DNA of 64,000 nucleotides. Origin: Monocercomonoides exilis PA203. Lineage: Eukaryota; Protista; Preaxostyla. Of the stretch, positions 1 to 14,300 are shown one piece after another. Location of the stretch: the NCBI GenBank assembly GCA_001643675.2, contig LSRY02000037.1:496001-560000 (forward strand), given 5' to 3'. Under the pieces are notes generated by a model, which worked only from the letters and a program-made list of their open reading frames with translations, was not told the origin of the DNA and did not search any database. Every line of letters begins with the position of its first letter. Positions within the stretch are counted from its first letter, which is position 1. A program made the position numbers and the translations under genes.

Positions 1-1377
1 TTCATTATAATCATCATCATTATTTTCTTTTTTTCTTTTTCTTTTTTCTTTTCTTTTCTTTCATTTTCTTTCTTTATTGTCAAATTCAGCTAACTGTGCT
101 GCTTTCCTGCTCCATTTTCGCTTTTCTCTCCATCTCTCTTTTTTGCTTCAAAAGAGCAATCTTTTTTCTCAAAATTTCTTCCTTTTCTGCATTTTTTTCT
201 CCTCTTCTCCTCCTCTTCTGCATCATCTTTCTTCATTTTCGTTCCAATTTCGTTTTTTTCTCTGTTATTTCCTTGTTCATTTTCTTTATTTTTTTCATTT
301 CTCTCATTTTTCGCATCTTTTTCTTTTTCTTCTTCTTCTTCTTGATATGATGGAATATCCAACTTATTCTCTTTCTCTCTCTGTTCTTTTGCAATTCTTT
401 CCGCATTCTCCCTCTTTTTCTGCTCCAACATCGCCATTATCTTCCTTCTCTTCTCTTCCTTCTCCAATTTCTTCTGTTTAGACTCATTTGCATCGCTTTT
501 GTCTTCTTTCACATCTTTTTGATGGTTTTCTTTCTCTTTCTCTTTTTCTTCTTTCTCTTCTTTCTTTTTCTCTTCTTTCTCTTTCCCCTCTTTTTTATCT
601 TCTTTCTTCTCTTCTTTCTCTTTCTCCTTTTCCTTCTCTCTTTCTTTCTCTTTTTCTTTCTCTCTTTCTCTTCTCTTTTTCTCCAACAATTCCAAAAGTT
701 GCTTCTTCTTCTCAATTTTTTCTGCTTCAATTTTTTTCTTTTCTGCTTCTTTTTCTGCTTCTTGTTTTACTCTTTCTCTTTCTCTTTCTCTTTCTCTTTC
801 TCTTTCTCTTTCTCGTTCCTTTTCTTTTTCTTCCTCCTTTCTAATTCGTTCTTCTTCTTCTTCTTCTTTCTTCTTCTTTTCTTCCTTTTCTTTTCTTAAT
901 CTCTCTTCCTCTTCCTTGCGTTTTCTTTCTTTTTCTTCTTCTTCTTCTTTCTTCTTTCTCTCTTCTTCTTCCTTTCTCTTCTTTTCCTCCTCTTCCTCTT
1001 TTCTTTTTCGCTTTTCTTCTTCTTCTTCTTTTTTTAACCTTTCCTTCTCTTTTTCTTTTTCTTTTTTCTTTCTTTCTTCTTCCTCTTTTCTTTTCTTTTC
1101 TTCCTCTTCTCCCTTCTTCTTCTCTTCTTCTTCTCTTTTTATTCTTTCTTCTTCTTCTTTCTCTTTTCTCTTTCTCTCCTCTTCTTCCTTCCTCTTTCTT
1201 TCTTCCTCTTCTTTCTTAGCTTTCTCTTCTTCTTTTTGTTGCTCTTCTTTATCTTCTTTATCTTCCTTCTCTTTCTCCTCCTCTTTTTCCTCCTCTTTCT
1301 CTTCCATTTTCTCTTCTTCTTTTTTCTCCTCCTCCTCTCCTTCTCCTTCTTCTCTCTTCCCTTTGGAATAATCAACA

Positions 1378-1408
<31 letters not shown>

Positions 1409-2688
1409 TGTTTGCTTCATCGTTTCCATATTTGAATTCTCTTTCTTCAATTTTTTCTTTTCTCTCTTCTTCTTCGACTTCTTTCTCTTTCTCTTTCTCT
1501 TTTTCCACCTCTTCTTTCTTTTCTTTTCTTTCTTCTCTTTTATCTTTCTTTCTTTCTTCTTCTTCCTCTTCTTTTTCTCTTTCATTAGCTTCTTCTTTTT
1601 CTCTAAAATCAGTTATCCATTTTCCAACTTCTTCTTCTTCTTCCTCTTTTCCTTTTCCTTCCATTTTCTTTTCCTTCATTTGCTTCTTCTTCTTCTTCTT
1701 CTTTCCTCTTCTTGTTTGCTTCAATGTTCTTGTTTTTTCATTTAAATCACTTTGATTCAATTCTTCTCCCTCTTCTCCCTCTCCCTCTTCTCCCTCATCT
1801 TCTTCTTCTTCCCTTTTCCTAAACTTCTCTTCCTTCTTCTTCCTCTCTTCTTCTTCTTCTTCTCTTCTTCTTTTTTTGTATTTTTCTAATTCTTTTCTTT
1901 CTTTTTCTCTTCTTCTTTCCATTTCTTCTCTTTCTTTCTCCTCTTTCTTTCTCATTCTTTCTTCATATGCCTTTCTTTCTCTCTCTTCTTTCTCTTCTTT
2001 CTCTTTCCTTTCCTTTTCTAATTGTTGTTTTTGCTTCATCATCTTCTCCTTCTCCTTCATCGCCTTCCTCTTCGCTTCTTCTTCTTCTCTCTTTTTTTCC
2101 TCTTCTTTCCTTCTTTCTCTTTCTCTTTGCTTCTCCTCCACTTCTTCCTTCCTCTTCTTCATTTCCGCTTTCCTCTTCTTCTCTTCTTTCTCCTCTTTCT
2201 CCTTCTCCTTCCTCCTCTTCTCTTCCTTCTCCTTCTCCCATTGCATCAACTTTTCTCTCTCTTTCTCTCTCCATTCTCTTTCTGCTTTCTCCGCTTTCTC
2301 TCTCTTCTTCCTTTCCATCTCAATTTTCTTCTTCCTCTCTTCTTTTCTCCTCTCTTCTTCTTTCTCTTTCTCTTCTTCTTCCCTTTTCTTCTCCTCTTCT
2401 TCTTTCATTTGCCTCTCCCTCACACACAAAACTCGATTTCTGCTAGCTTCTCTTCTTATTTCTGTTGCTGTTTTTCTTCTTTCCTTCTTTTTTTGTTCTT
2501 CTTCTTCTGATAATTTTGCATCCAAAATCAATTTTTTCTCAATTTTTTCCCTTTTTGCTTCTTCAATTCCTTTCTTTTTCCTCTCTTCCATCGCAACAGT
2601 TTCCTTCTCTTCTCTTTCTAGACGAGTCAAAATGCGTTCGAGGGCTCTGCTCCACACATCCACACGCACAGCATCACGCCAGGCTGAG

Positions 2689-2760
<72 letters not shown>

Positions 2761-5721
2761 AGAGAAAGAGAAAGAGAAAGAGAAAGAAAAAGAAAAAGAA
2801 AAAGAGAAAAAGAGAATGAGAAAGAGAAAGAGTAGAAAGGAAGTGGAAAATGAGAAAATAAATTTATAAAAAAAATTGATTCAATATTGAAAAAGAAAAG
2901 AAAAGAAAATATTTATTTCTAACAAAAAAAAAAAAAAAATCGATAAATAAAGAAAATTTTCTTTCTTTTCTTATTTTCCATATTTAATATCACACATCTA
3001 TCTTCTTCTTCCTCTTCTTCTTTCCTTCGACTCCTCATTGTGGCATTTGATCTCATGCTTCTTGCTGAATAACTCATCGCCGACTGCGATCTTCTCGAAC
3101 TAGATGCCAATTCTGGCCTTGTAAAGCACGAAACTTCATGTTTATTTTCTTTCTCTTTTCTTTCTCCTTTTTCTTTTTCTTCTCTTCTTTTCGAATCATT
3201 TAAATAATAATTGTAACCATCATCATCATTTTTATTATTTCTATTGCTATTATCATTTTTACCATAATTAAAATAATAACTCCTTTCAGTTTGATTGCGA
3301 TTTACTCCATTTTTCTGTTTAATTCTTCCTTTTCTCTCATTTGCTTGCCTTTGGAACGCGAAATTGCTGTTAATATGAGAATAAGGGGAAGAAAGAGCAA
3401 GAGAAGTTGATGGGCGAGAAGAAGAAGAAGAAGAATAACGAGAAGAAGAAGAGGAGGAGGAAGAGGAAGAAGAAGAAGAAGGGGAATAACGAGAAGAAGA
3501 GGAGGAAGAAGAAGAACGAGAAGAAAAAGGATGAGAAGAAGAAGAGGAAGAAGAGAAGAAGAAGAAGAAGAAGAAGAAGAAGAAGAAGAAGAAGAAGAAG
3601 AAGAAGAAGAAGAAGAAGCACGTGATGTTTTTGGGGTTTGCAGTGAAGAAGAAGCAGAAGAGGCAGAAAAAGGAGGATGACGATTGGTGGGGAGATATGA
3701 ACGAGAAGTGAAAGAAGAAGAAGAAGATGGTGATGATGAAATAGAAGAAGAAGGATAACTAGAAGAAGAAGGATGAGAAGAAGAAGAAGCACAATTCGAA
3801 TAATTCCCTTCTCTCTGATATCTTCCTGTTCTGCCAGCAGCAACAGTAGCAGGACGAGAAGATGTCGAAATTAATTCTTTTTTCGGAGAAAATTTTGAAG
3901 AAGAAGAAGATTTCGGAGAAATTCGCAAAAACGGAGAAAAAAGTGCGGGAACGATGGATTTTGGAGGGACGATGGATTTATGTGGAGAAGATTGTGAAAG
4001 AAATGGTTTGTGAGAAGAGGAAGAAGAGGAAAAGGAAGAAGAAGAAGAGGAAGAAGAAGAAGAAGAGGAAGAGGAAGAAGAAGAATGATTGGAAGATTTT
4101 ATTGGGCTGTTACGAATGTGGGTTGAAGAAGAAGAAGAAGAAGAGAAAGAAGAAGAAGAGTTTAATGTTGATTTTTTGTGTCCATTTTCTGAAGAAGAAG
4201 AATTTGATGCATTTTCTTTCTCTTTATCTCTCTTTTTCACTACAAGCTTTTTATTTTGTATTCTTTTAGTTTCTATATCATAATCGTAATCTTCTCCTTC
4301 ACCTTTTCTTTGTTCTTTCTCTTCTTCTCCTTCTCCTTCTCCTTCTCCTTCTTCTTTTTCTTCTCCTTCTCCTTCTTTTTCTTTTTCTTTTTCTTTTTCT
4401 TTTTCTTTTTCTTTTTCTTTTTCTTTTTCTTTTTCTTTTTCTTTTTCTTTTTCTTTTTCTTTTTCTTTTTCTTTTTCTTTTTCTTTTTCTTTTTCTTTTT
4501 CTTTTTCTTTTTCTTTTTCTTTTTCTTTTTCTTTTTCTTTTTCTTTTTCTTTTTCTTTTTCTTTTTCTTCCTCTTCTTCTTCCCAAGCGCATTTTTCAGA
4601 ATGTTTCATTTTTTCCTCAGATTTTATTGACTTATCATTTTCATCGCTTCTTTCTGAACTTCCTTTCATTCTTTCTTTTTCCTGTCGATTTGCATCTTCT
4701 ATTTCTTCATTGCTTTCTGAAATTTCTTCTCTTTGTTCTTCTTTTTTATTTTCTCCTTTATCTTCTTCGAATCCTTCTTCTCCTTCTTCTTTTTCTTCTT
4801 TTTTTTCCTTTTCTTTTTCTTGCCTCTTCATTTCTCTTTCTTTCTCTTTTTCTTTCTCTTTTTCTTTCTCTTTTTCTTTCTCTTTTTCTTTCTCTTTTTC
4901 TTTCTCTTCTTTCTCTCCCTTCACTCCCTTCTCTCTTCTCTCTTTTTTCTTCTCCTTTTTTTCTCTCACTGAAGTTTCCAATGAATACGGCGAAAGTGCA
5001 AGTGCCGGGTCGATGGAGGCAATAACTGCCATCACTCCGTCTGCGTCCTCCGGAAGCGGCGCCGTGTGCGACGTCCTCATGTCCTTCCTCTCGTCTCGCG
5101 GTGTTTTGCTGTTTTCCCTCTCTTTTGCTCCTTTATCCCTCTTCTTGCTGAATGATTCATTTGGAGAATGAGATTGCATTGAACGGCTTGTTTGCGAACG
5201 TGTGCGGACTTTTGACGATGAAGAACAAGAAGAGCCTTCTGCTCGCGCATAATAGACAGGCTCACGAGGAGTTGACAAATCATCAACATCTGGTGGAAAT
5301 GCTCTTTCCCTTTTTTCAAAACAACGCTTTTTGGACATCTTTAATGTGCCACCATTCGATTTTGGCGAGTCAAAAAAAACAGTACCCCTCTTTTCCTGCA
5401 ATTTTTGCGGAAGAAAACTCGGATCTGTAACTTTTTGTTGATGGAGCACAGCTTCATGCACAATTGAAGAATCACAATCATCTCCCATTATTTGCATGTT
5501 TTTGATATGTGCGTATGTTGAAAGCAACTGAAATGCATCAAGTGGTGGTGGTTGTATTTCTCCTACATGAAAATATAAATACAAAAATTTAACGTTCAAA
5601 TAATATCAACTGAAGATTGAATTTTTAATAATAAATGTAAACTCTCTGGTTCTAATATAGGAACAGCGTATGCGGATTCCAAAGACTTTTCATTAACATA
5701 ACTTTTTTTTGGCAAAAAAGA
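1..5721 (-). CDS. Very large low-complexity charged (E/K-rich coiled-coil plus S-rich) protein, multi-exon; 5' exon(s) and 3' end not resolved
   Basis: ORFs 3302-5599 and 90-2669 join through a frame-compatible GT-AG intron 2995-2684 (AGA T|GTGTGA...CTCAG|CC TGG CGT GAT). A further GT-AG intron at ~5642-5563 links an upstream exon (SFLPKKSYVNEKSLESAYAVPILEPE). Apparent frameshifts lie in a (TCT)n tract near 3555 and in A-runs near 100-200, probably assembly indels. Confidence 0.6.
2686..2832 (+). repeat. Compound microsatellite (GAAA)n(GA)n(GAGAAA)n inside an intron; forms the polypyrimidine tract on the minus strand
   Basis: Directly visible, immediately upstream of the CAG acceptor at 2686-2684. 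Confidence 0.9.
4375..4566 (-). repeat. Perfect (GAAAAA)32 hexamer encoding (EK)n
   Basis: 32 copies of CTTTTT on the plus strand, in frame within ORF 3302-5599. Confidence 0.95.
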
Positions 5722-6919
5722 CTATATCGCACAAAGAAAATTTCAACAAAAAAAAATCGCATTTTTTATGAAAACGCTTTAATATTGCTAAATTTTGAAA
5801 AGAAGAATTATACCATCAATTGGCTTATCAAAAAAATGTTGTGTGAAGAAAATCTTCTCGAATCTTTTTAAATAACTTCAATTTTTTAAAGTTTTCACAC
5901 TTTTTTTGAATCATACGCCCATAATTAAATTTTGATATTAAAGAAAGAACAATATCGAAAATGAAATATTTATTTATGCGTTCATATTTTAACAAACATG
6001 TGAGTGAAAATATTGTTTCAAGTTCTATCTATTTAGAATATATGAAAATTGTATGTTTCTTTCATTTATCCTTCAAATATCTTGTCCAAAATCTTATTCA
6101 ATAGCAATCAGTGGTGCATTATTATTTTTGAAAATTTCACCGTTTGCCTTAACAGTTTGGAGTATGTTTTTTTCATTTCGATTGATTTTATTATTATATC
6201 GATTAAAAATATTTTTGAAGTTTTTGTATATTTTTTTAACAAAGGATTTATTGATACTAGTATTAATTATTCGGTTGACTAATCGAATACGCAATCAACA
6301 ATAAATTATCATGAATCCAAAACAATTTATCATAAAAAATTGTATCAATGTTGGTGGTCATTTTTGAAATTACGAAATTTCTGTCACAATTATCTTCAAA
6401 AAAAAAAAACTATAAATCTTTTCTTTTTAACAATGAAAAGTTCCAACAAAAATTACCAATTGTTTTGTTTTGAGTTCATCTCATTCATTGTATTTAGAAA
6501 AATATTTTGATGCATTTAACAAGCTATTGTTAAATAACTATTTTAAGACAAATAATCTTCAAAACAATCAACACCACGAAAAAAGTTATGATATCATTAA
6601 TAATCACCCACATCATGTGAAAAACTTGTTTTGATTAAAAGTGAATAACATTTGTTTTGTTTTTTTTTCCCCAAAAAAATTAAACATCTTTTTTATTGAT
6701 CAAGTTTCTGTTTTCAGTCACAAAATTTCACAACAAAAAAAACAACTCAATCACATTGCTCTAATTATCATTCCAGTGAATTTTTATGTGTGGGAACTGA
6801 AACATGATCAAAAAGAAAAATTCTAAAATAAGATATTTTTCGGAAAGAAGCACACTTTTTGAGAAGCCAATGAAATTTAGTGAGTGAATTATTCTTTATT
6901 CGCATTATTTTTAGCACGT

Positions 6920-6952
<33 letters not shown>

Positions 6953-7883
6953 AACCTTTCTCGGTATAAAACTGTATTTTCGTAATAACTGAGTTTTTAC
7001 AAAAAATTCAAATATTATATCGTAACAAAATTTTTCATTCACGAAAGAAAATGCTTTCTCACTGAATGGAACAAAAAATAAAACGATGGGATCAATTTAT
7101 TAATTTGTATAAAAGATAATTTATGAATTGTTGTATCATTTGTTGTTGAAATCAGAAAGAAGTTAAAAAAATTATTATAATTCTTTATTGATATTAAAAA
7201 ATTCTCACTTCTGTGGAAATAAACCAGGAAAGCATCAATTATTATGATTAACTGATAAAACAAAAAAGAAAAAAAAATTGTGCTTTTCATTTCCGATGTC
7301 ATCAGAAGTGATTGTATTTGAATATAATTTTTGATGTTTTGAATGATCGCCTAAACATCTGTAATACGAATAGTGTGGATTTCATTCGTTCTTCACACGT
7401 CAACATTTTCAGAATAATAACAATAACAATTAATTAATTAAACAATTTAAGAAATAAAAATAAAAGTTGAAAAAAAATTTATTTTCCAACATTGTTTTTT
7501 AATAAGAAAACAAACTAATTATAAGATGAAACACATATATTGGTAAATACATGAAAACAAACTCAAACCTTATTTCTTTATTCCACATATAAATAAACTA
7601 ACAATAGAAAGGCACTTTCAGATTAAGTTAATGCCTTCCATTGACATATAAGGCTTTGCACAAAAGAATTTGTCTTTTTCGAAAATCGTTAGACTTATTG
7701 GTTACAATTCGAACTTTTTAAAAAAAAACTTTTGTTATACTTAAAGGGTGAGACTTTCTGTAAAATATCTATTGTTAAAAATACTCCAAATGTTTATTTT
7801 TTCAAAAATGTTCCTTATTTGATTTCTCTTTTTGGACATGATCTCATATATAATATTCAATATTCAAGAAAATCAGACAATTA

Positions 7884-10071
7884 TAATCATGGACAAAACC
7901 CGGAAGCATCCCCCGTAGTTTTCGATTTCTTCAGATTTGATATATTTCTAAGTTAAATTGAATTAGTAGTTCACGTACATCTGGAAAAAACAAAAAATAA
8001 AAAAACAATGTCTATTTAAGTTGTATTTTGATTGAATTCTTTTCTATTTTGATAACTTTGGTGTGAAAAAAAACATTAACCGAAGCACTTGGCTTTAGTT
8101 ATTTATGGAACAAAAACGAAAATTTATAAATCGGGCATTCAAAGTTTTTGTTCCTCGAAAATAGTTATGTTATTAAGTTAAAGTCAAACTGTCTTCCCCA
8201 AGCTGTTTCTGAAACCTTCTTTCTTTTTCGTTTTTCAGCCGCAAACAACACATTCTCCTCCATTTCTTCTTCTAAGTTTTGCCCAGAATTTGTTTTATCA
8301 CAACTTTTGTTCTGTTGCTCATCATGTTGACTCACTGATTCCGGCTTGGATAGGACGACGCTGCATTTGTTCAGTTCACATTTTCCTGTGAAAAAAAAAC
8401 AATTTTCTAATAAACAAACCCAAAAATATGATTAAAATTATATAGACCTTCCTCATGTGGGGAGTTCTCCTCAACAAATTCATCACTTGTGATAACCTTT
8501 TTGTTCATGATTCCGGAAAAAGTGCATGAAGAAGTTAGCGAAGAAATTTTTGCGATTGACAACAGATTGGGAAATCGATCCAAAACAACAGAAGGATCGA
8601 AGGGCTCAATTCCGCATGCGTAGAATGATTTTCTAATAGTTCTGGGATCCATTGCAGCACTCACTGCATCTTCCAAAGCTGGAATAAGAGCTTTTCTGTA
8701 GGCAGATACTCCACTTTCGGTCAGAGGTTCGAAAGAAGAATGCAACCTTTTTTTTGAACCTGGCAAACACGTATCTATCAAGGGGTTGTGTTAGATGAGT
8801 GGTATGAGATGGAAGAACTGCAGTTTCAATTGAATGTGTACGACACAAGGATATTTCTGGCCAACAAAGCCTTGACGAATGTCCATCCATGATAATAAGC
8901 GCTGTTGCTTCTTTTCCATGAAGTTCTATTCTTTTCTTGTCTGTTGCAGGGAATATGTGTTGCATCTAATTTCTTCGAAGTCGCTTTTTGTTATCCACAC
9001 ACTTCCATTGGCAATAATTTCAACATTTCAAAACTTCAAAAGAAGAAAATCTTTCGGAACTGTTCTCGAAGGCCACAACATCAATGGATTCAAAGGAGAT
9101 CCATCGGAGAAAACTGCGAAATTTAATGTCGCGTTGGGCTGATGCTGTTGCAAATGTGATACTGGCTGTTTTTGATCTGAATCTGTGAAGATGTAGTTAT
9201 TATCTGATTTGCATTAACTAATTCCAATTTCATCAATATTTAAAATCAGATCCTGACTGATTTTATTTGTTTTTAATGTTTCCTCCAATAATGAAAACCA
9301 TGAAGAAATGTTAGCAGGAGAGGATGCTAGAAGCCGTTTTTCATCCATATATTTTGGCTTTTCCATATTCAAAGCGTTGCTTTTTCTTATTAATCTTCGA
9401 GCCCATTTTTCATTAATATCTTTCATTTCACATTCGTTATCTTCATTTCGTTTTCTTCTCTTCAAAACATTCTCGGCCCCAAAATTTCAATTGAAAAGAG
9501 TCAAAAAACATATCCTAAAATAAACCATACAATTCTGATGACATCTTTTATTGTAGTTTTGTTCGTCGAAATTAATAGTGTTTTCGCACAATCTTCAATT
9601 TGTTCTTGTTCTTCTTTGTTGAACATGTTCGGTCTACCATTGTGTTGAGGATCTCTTCCATGCTTTAAAGAAGAGATATGTCGATATAGAGCCGAAGAAG
9701 AAATTAACCCTGAAGAAACAATGCTTTTGTGTGATATTTCTTTTTTTGATAGAAGAAAGTTAATTTTTTCTACTTTTGAATCCAGTCTTCGATACTCAGC
9801 TGTTGCAAAAATATTGGAAAGAGCTGTTGAAGAATGAAAAGAAGACGTATTGAAGGAAAATGGATACGTTATGGTTTATCGATCCATACATAAAAGAGAA
9901 ATTTTTAATTCAAGTTCAGTTTTTTATTCATATTATTATAGTATTATTGCCAAATAATTGAAATATGCATGTGATTGCTTTTATCAAATTTTATAATTTG
10001 CTTTTTCTTTTTTTCGTTTTTTGTTAGAAATTTCTGGGTTTTGTCCCTTTCCCGGGTTTTGTCCATGATTA
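7884..10071 (-). mobile_element. pogo/DDE_1-type (Tc1-mariner superfamily) DNA transposon, element A, degenerate
   Basis: Perfect inverted repeat TAATCATGGACAAAACCCGG at 7884-7903 and 10052-10071, flanked by TA at both ends; subterminal copy of the core at ~10035-10046; transposase fragments inside. Confidence 0.9.
8170..9890 (-). pseudogene. DDE_1 transposase (DD35D), frameshifted; ends approximate
   Basis: Motifs LILNIDE, IIMDGHSSRL and LPSHTTHLTQPLDRYVF with D35D spacing, spread over ORFs 9214-9465, 8633-8965 and 8407-8781; N-terminal HTH-like region with GRP motif near 9640. Confidence 0.9.
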
Positions 10072-11376
10072 TAATTTGCAAATAAGTGTGATAATGTAAA
10101 AATTGATAAAAATTAAAACATTTGTTTTTCATGTGAAAAAATGGATTTTATTTTTTGTTCTTGTTTGAAAAATCAAACAAATTTGTGTCAAACTTTTTCA
10201 GCCATAACAATATTGGTAGTCCTGCTTCACATCTGTTTCATGACAAGTTGAAAATCATTTGTCTGTTAGGAAATTAAAAAAAAAGGATACTGAAAAATAA
10301 TTGAATTGAGAAAAAGGTTATTTTTATATTAGAGTCAAAAAATATTCTTATTGCAATATTATTTCTTCCCAAGGAACAACTTGCTGATAATCAAATCAAA
10401 ATATATTTTTAAAAGCTCTTTCAAAGAAATTCAATCGACAAAATCAATAATTGTAATTACTGTTTTAACAATTCATCAATACTCAAATAATGAATATTTT
10501 GAAAGCGAATATCGTAAAATAAGCACAAAAAATAACCTCTTTTCTTTTCTTGTGCAATCGATAAGTTGGAAATTTATTAAATTTTTTTTTTCAGTTGCTT
10601 CTTTGAATTTCTACTAATCTAATTGTTATTTTGTTGCATACCAAAAGTTTTCAGAAATGATTCGTAATCCTCATTTCCAAAATACATCTCCATCTGTCTC
10701 AAAACATCAAACAACACAGTAAATTATTCACCTTTAAAATCCAAAACTATTTAAAACTCAGAAACTTGCATTCACTAATAACAAGAAATCGTTTTGAGAT
10801 GTTTTTTGAAATGGCAAAATAATTATTAATTTTGAAAATAGACTCAAAAATCAATATGAAACAATACATACAAAAAATAAATACTGATTTGTTCAAAAAC
10901 AAAAAAAAGAAGCAAATTAAAATTCAGAAATTTCCTGAAGGAAAGTTTGCACAATAAATATTTTTAATACATCGCAAACATATAAAGCAAGTAATTGTAA
11001 TTCAAAAAATAATGAAAGAAACTTGTAATTTTGTAAGCGACTCAAACATATCCTCAAACAAAACATTGTAATTGTAAATTTTTTTCATCATTTAATAATT
11101 AGATACATAGACATATTGAAAACGAAAACTTTTCAACTTAAAAGAATAAACTCAATGAATAGATCACAAATTAAATATTGTTGAAAGAATAACAATTGCA
11201 ATAAATACAAATCTGCAAACTCATCCCAAATTTCAGATTTGTTTATGATTTCAATTTTCATCAGACAAGTGGTAATGTTCAACTTTGATTTAATAATTAT
11301 TCTGATATAAAAATTTTTACAAAGTTAAAAATCAATTCTTCCAACAACTTTATTGAAATTTATTTCTCAATAAAAA

Positions 11377-14300
11377 TCACTCGGTTCGATGTTGAGTCAT
11401 TGAATAAATCTCTTTTTGCTTGTGTTGCTTTCCAATACAGGCATTCAAATCCACATCATCATCACCATCATCTTCTTCATCATCTTCTTCATCTTCTTCA
11501 TCTTCCATATCAATTGCATCAGATATGGTCAAAACACTTGCTCCAAATGGAAAACGCTGAACAAACTCACGTTTAAGCAGTGATAACTTTGGACGAGCAG
11601 ACGGATCTTGCGATAAACATAAATAAATAACATCAAATAACTGCGAATTTCTCACTCTTTCTATGTCTGGCCTTTCTTTGCATTTGATTTTCTGTCGAGC
11701 CACCTCTGCCTCATACTCTCCAAACGGGATCTGAAGAGTCAGGCACTCCCACAGCATCATCCCAATCGAAAACACAACTGATTCCTTCGTTGCTCCCATC
11801 TTCTTGTTGATCAGCAGCTCTGGTGCCTTCCACCTCAGGCACTCTTTTTTGAAGCAGTCCTCATCCTCAAAGGCAGATGAAGGAAGGGAGTCACTTTCAT
11901 CATCACCACTGGCAGATGTGACAACAGTTGATGAAGAGATGGAGGATGAATCTGAATCATCTGATGAAAGCAAATCTGAATGCATCACAATGCAAATGAC
12001 CATGTGCTCAGAAAACAGCACAATGTGAGGACTCAAATTTGAAAGCGATTGAAGTGGAATTTCCATTTCATCAAATGAGTGGAGAGCAAGGTTGGCCACC
12101 CAGAATAGAACCTGAGCAGCTGTCTGCTCCCTCTCATTCAATGAACCAATTGGCATTTCCTTTGTCTTATTCCTCCCATGCAATAACATAAACAGCGAAT
12201 CCCTCAAATCAACAATCAGCTTCTCATGAGGGGATGAGCAGGCCATTGCATCCACCAGATTCGACATCGATGAAGTGGTTGGACACAGATCCTCACCTCG
12301 AACAAATGTTGAATCTGAGTCTGTGGTTGAAGTGGATGAAACGGATGGTGATGGTGTTCTCTTTCTTGTCTCTTCCTCATCATCAACCTTCTCCAATGCC
12401 CATTCAGGGATCTTGTCTGAATCCCTCCCCAGAATATATTCAGTTGAACCACTCTCAGAAAGAAGATGCTCCGATGACTCTGAATGTTCCATATTCGTCT
12501 CATATATTCTCTTCTTCATCCTCTTATCGTTCTTCTTCTCTGCCTCTCTCTCAGCTCTCCTCCATTGCTCCTCTGGTGACATCTCCATTGTCACCATCTC
12601 AAATGCTTTTGGATCTTTTCTGATGTTGTCATTCACAATCTCTTCTAATTCCTCTGTTCTACTCTTTTGCTTCCTCCATCTGACTGCTAATATTATTGAT
12701 ACGACAAGAACAATCACAAGAATAACTGCCATGATAATCACAATCAACAACCAATAGGATTTTCCTTCTTTTCCTTCTTTTCCTCCTTCAACAATCTTTT
12801 CATCATCTTTTTGTTTTGTTTCACTGGCATTCTTTAGAATAAATGACTGAGTTGATGATGGAGATTCTGCATTCCCAAATTGAATGCACACGCTCACCTC
12901 AACATCATTTCCACAACCGCTGATAAGATCTTTTGCCACGCTTCCTTCAACTTCCCTTTCTGACAAGAATCCATTTGAATCAAAATCATGCTTTTCAATT
13001 TCTTTCTCCTCTCCTTTCCTTTTCACAACTGAGAATGACAGATTGCATGGAACAAGAAGCATTCCTTTGAATATCAACTTCATTCTGTCTGCCTCTTCTT
13101 TTGCTTCCGCACTCTCCAGCACAGGAATGAAGAATGATGAATCCCTTTCTGAAGTAATCCCTTCAAAACTGCACCCTTCATTCAACATCCAAAGTGAAGT
13201 ATTTCTTTCCCATCCATCTCCTCCTTTCAAACTCATCACATTCAATGTTCCTGAATCAGAACAGATGATGTTTCTTCTCATTGATGGATATCCTTCAATT
13301 GATAGATTGTTATCAATGAACTCTCCTTTCTCAATTGTCACATTTCCTTCACTCATTGTAATTCCACCTTCTGGTGAATTCAATAATGTTGTATCTTTCA
13401 TCAAAACAGAACTGTTTGAGATATCCACAAGAGATCCATCCCATCTGCACATCTCCTCTTCGTCATTCAAATATTGCTCATTTCTTTCCTTTTTTCCTCC
13501 ATCAAACAAGCATGATCCAATCAGCACATCCACACACTCACAAATCTCCACCATTCTCCCTCTCTCATTCGTGCCCTGACATTGAGCAAAAGAGCAGTTC
13601 AGCACACTCATTCTCTTTTCGGCTCCTTCCATTTTCATCACACTCTCATTCCCCAAAACCGAAATATTCACTCCCTCAACCATCGTCATCTCAACTTGCA
13701 CACTCCCTCCGACACAAATCAAACCACATTCACTCGTCACATCCCAAATGCTGATCTCACTCATCGAAACCTTTCCCTCTTTGGTGAACGAGAGAAGTGG
13801 TGCTGTGGTGTGGATCCCATCAAATGTTGTTTCTGTCATCTTCAGCTCTCCACTCTCCGCACACACAATCCTGCTCTTCATCACCAGATCCATCGTTGCT
13901 GAGCTGAACAAACACTCCGAAATCTCCAATCTCCCATCCTTCTCTTTCACAATGCTTTCCCCATCCCACCCAAACATCTCCCCAAACACAAATCCACATC
14001 TCTCCACAACACACTCATCAACAAACACAATCACACTTCCTCCATTCATTTCATCTTCTTCAATCCTTGTGTTCAAATGAATGGCTGCCTGCGCTCTCTT
14101 CAATGATTTCACATTCAAATCTCTAATCTCACACACTCCCCCAATCAGACATTCTCCATCAATCAGAATCATATTCGCAACACTTCTCTCAATATGTCGA
14201 GCTCCACAGCAAATGCTTTGGCATGGCTTCTCCTGTGCTCCACACTGCCTGCTCTCACTCCCATTCACGCTCAAAAACACCTGTTCCGAATAATAGAATG

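Noticed and set aside
100-3560. Programmed frameshifts in the giant E/K-rich gene
   Set aside because: Shifts lie in A-homopolymers and microsatellites, where sequencing indels are the simpler explanation.
77-5430. Many plus-strand F/S/L-rich ORFs
   Set aside because: Antisense and alternate-frame shadows of purine-rich E/K repeats, which lack stop codons.
6921-6951. Poly(A) tract as a retroposon tail (also 48307-48430)
   Set aside because: No TSD or upstream retro-copy body identified.
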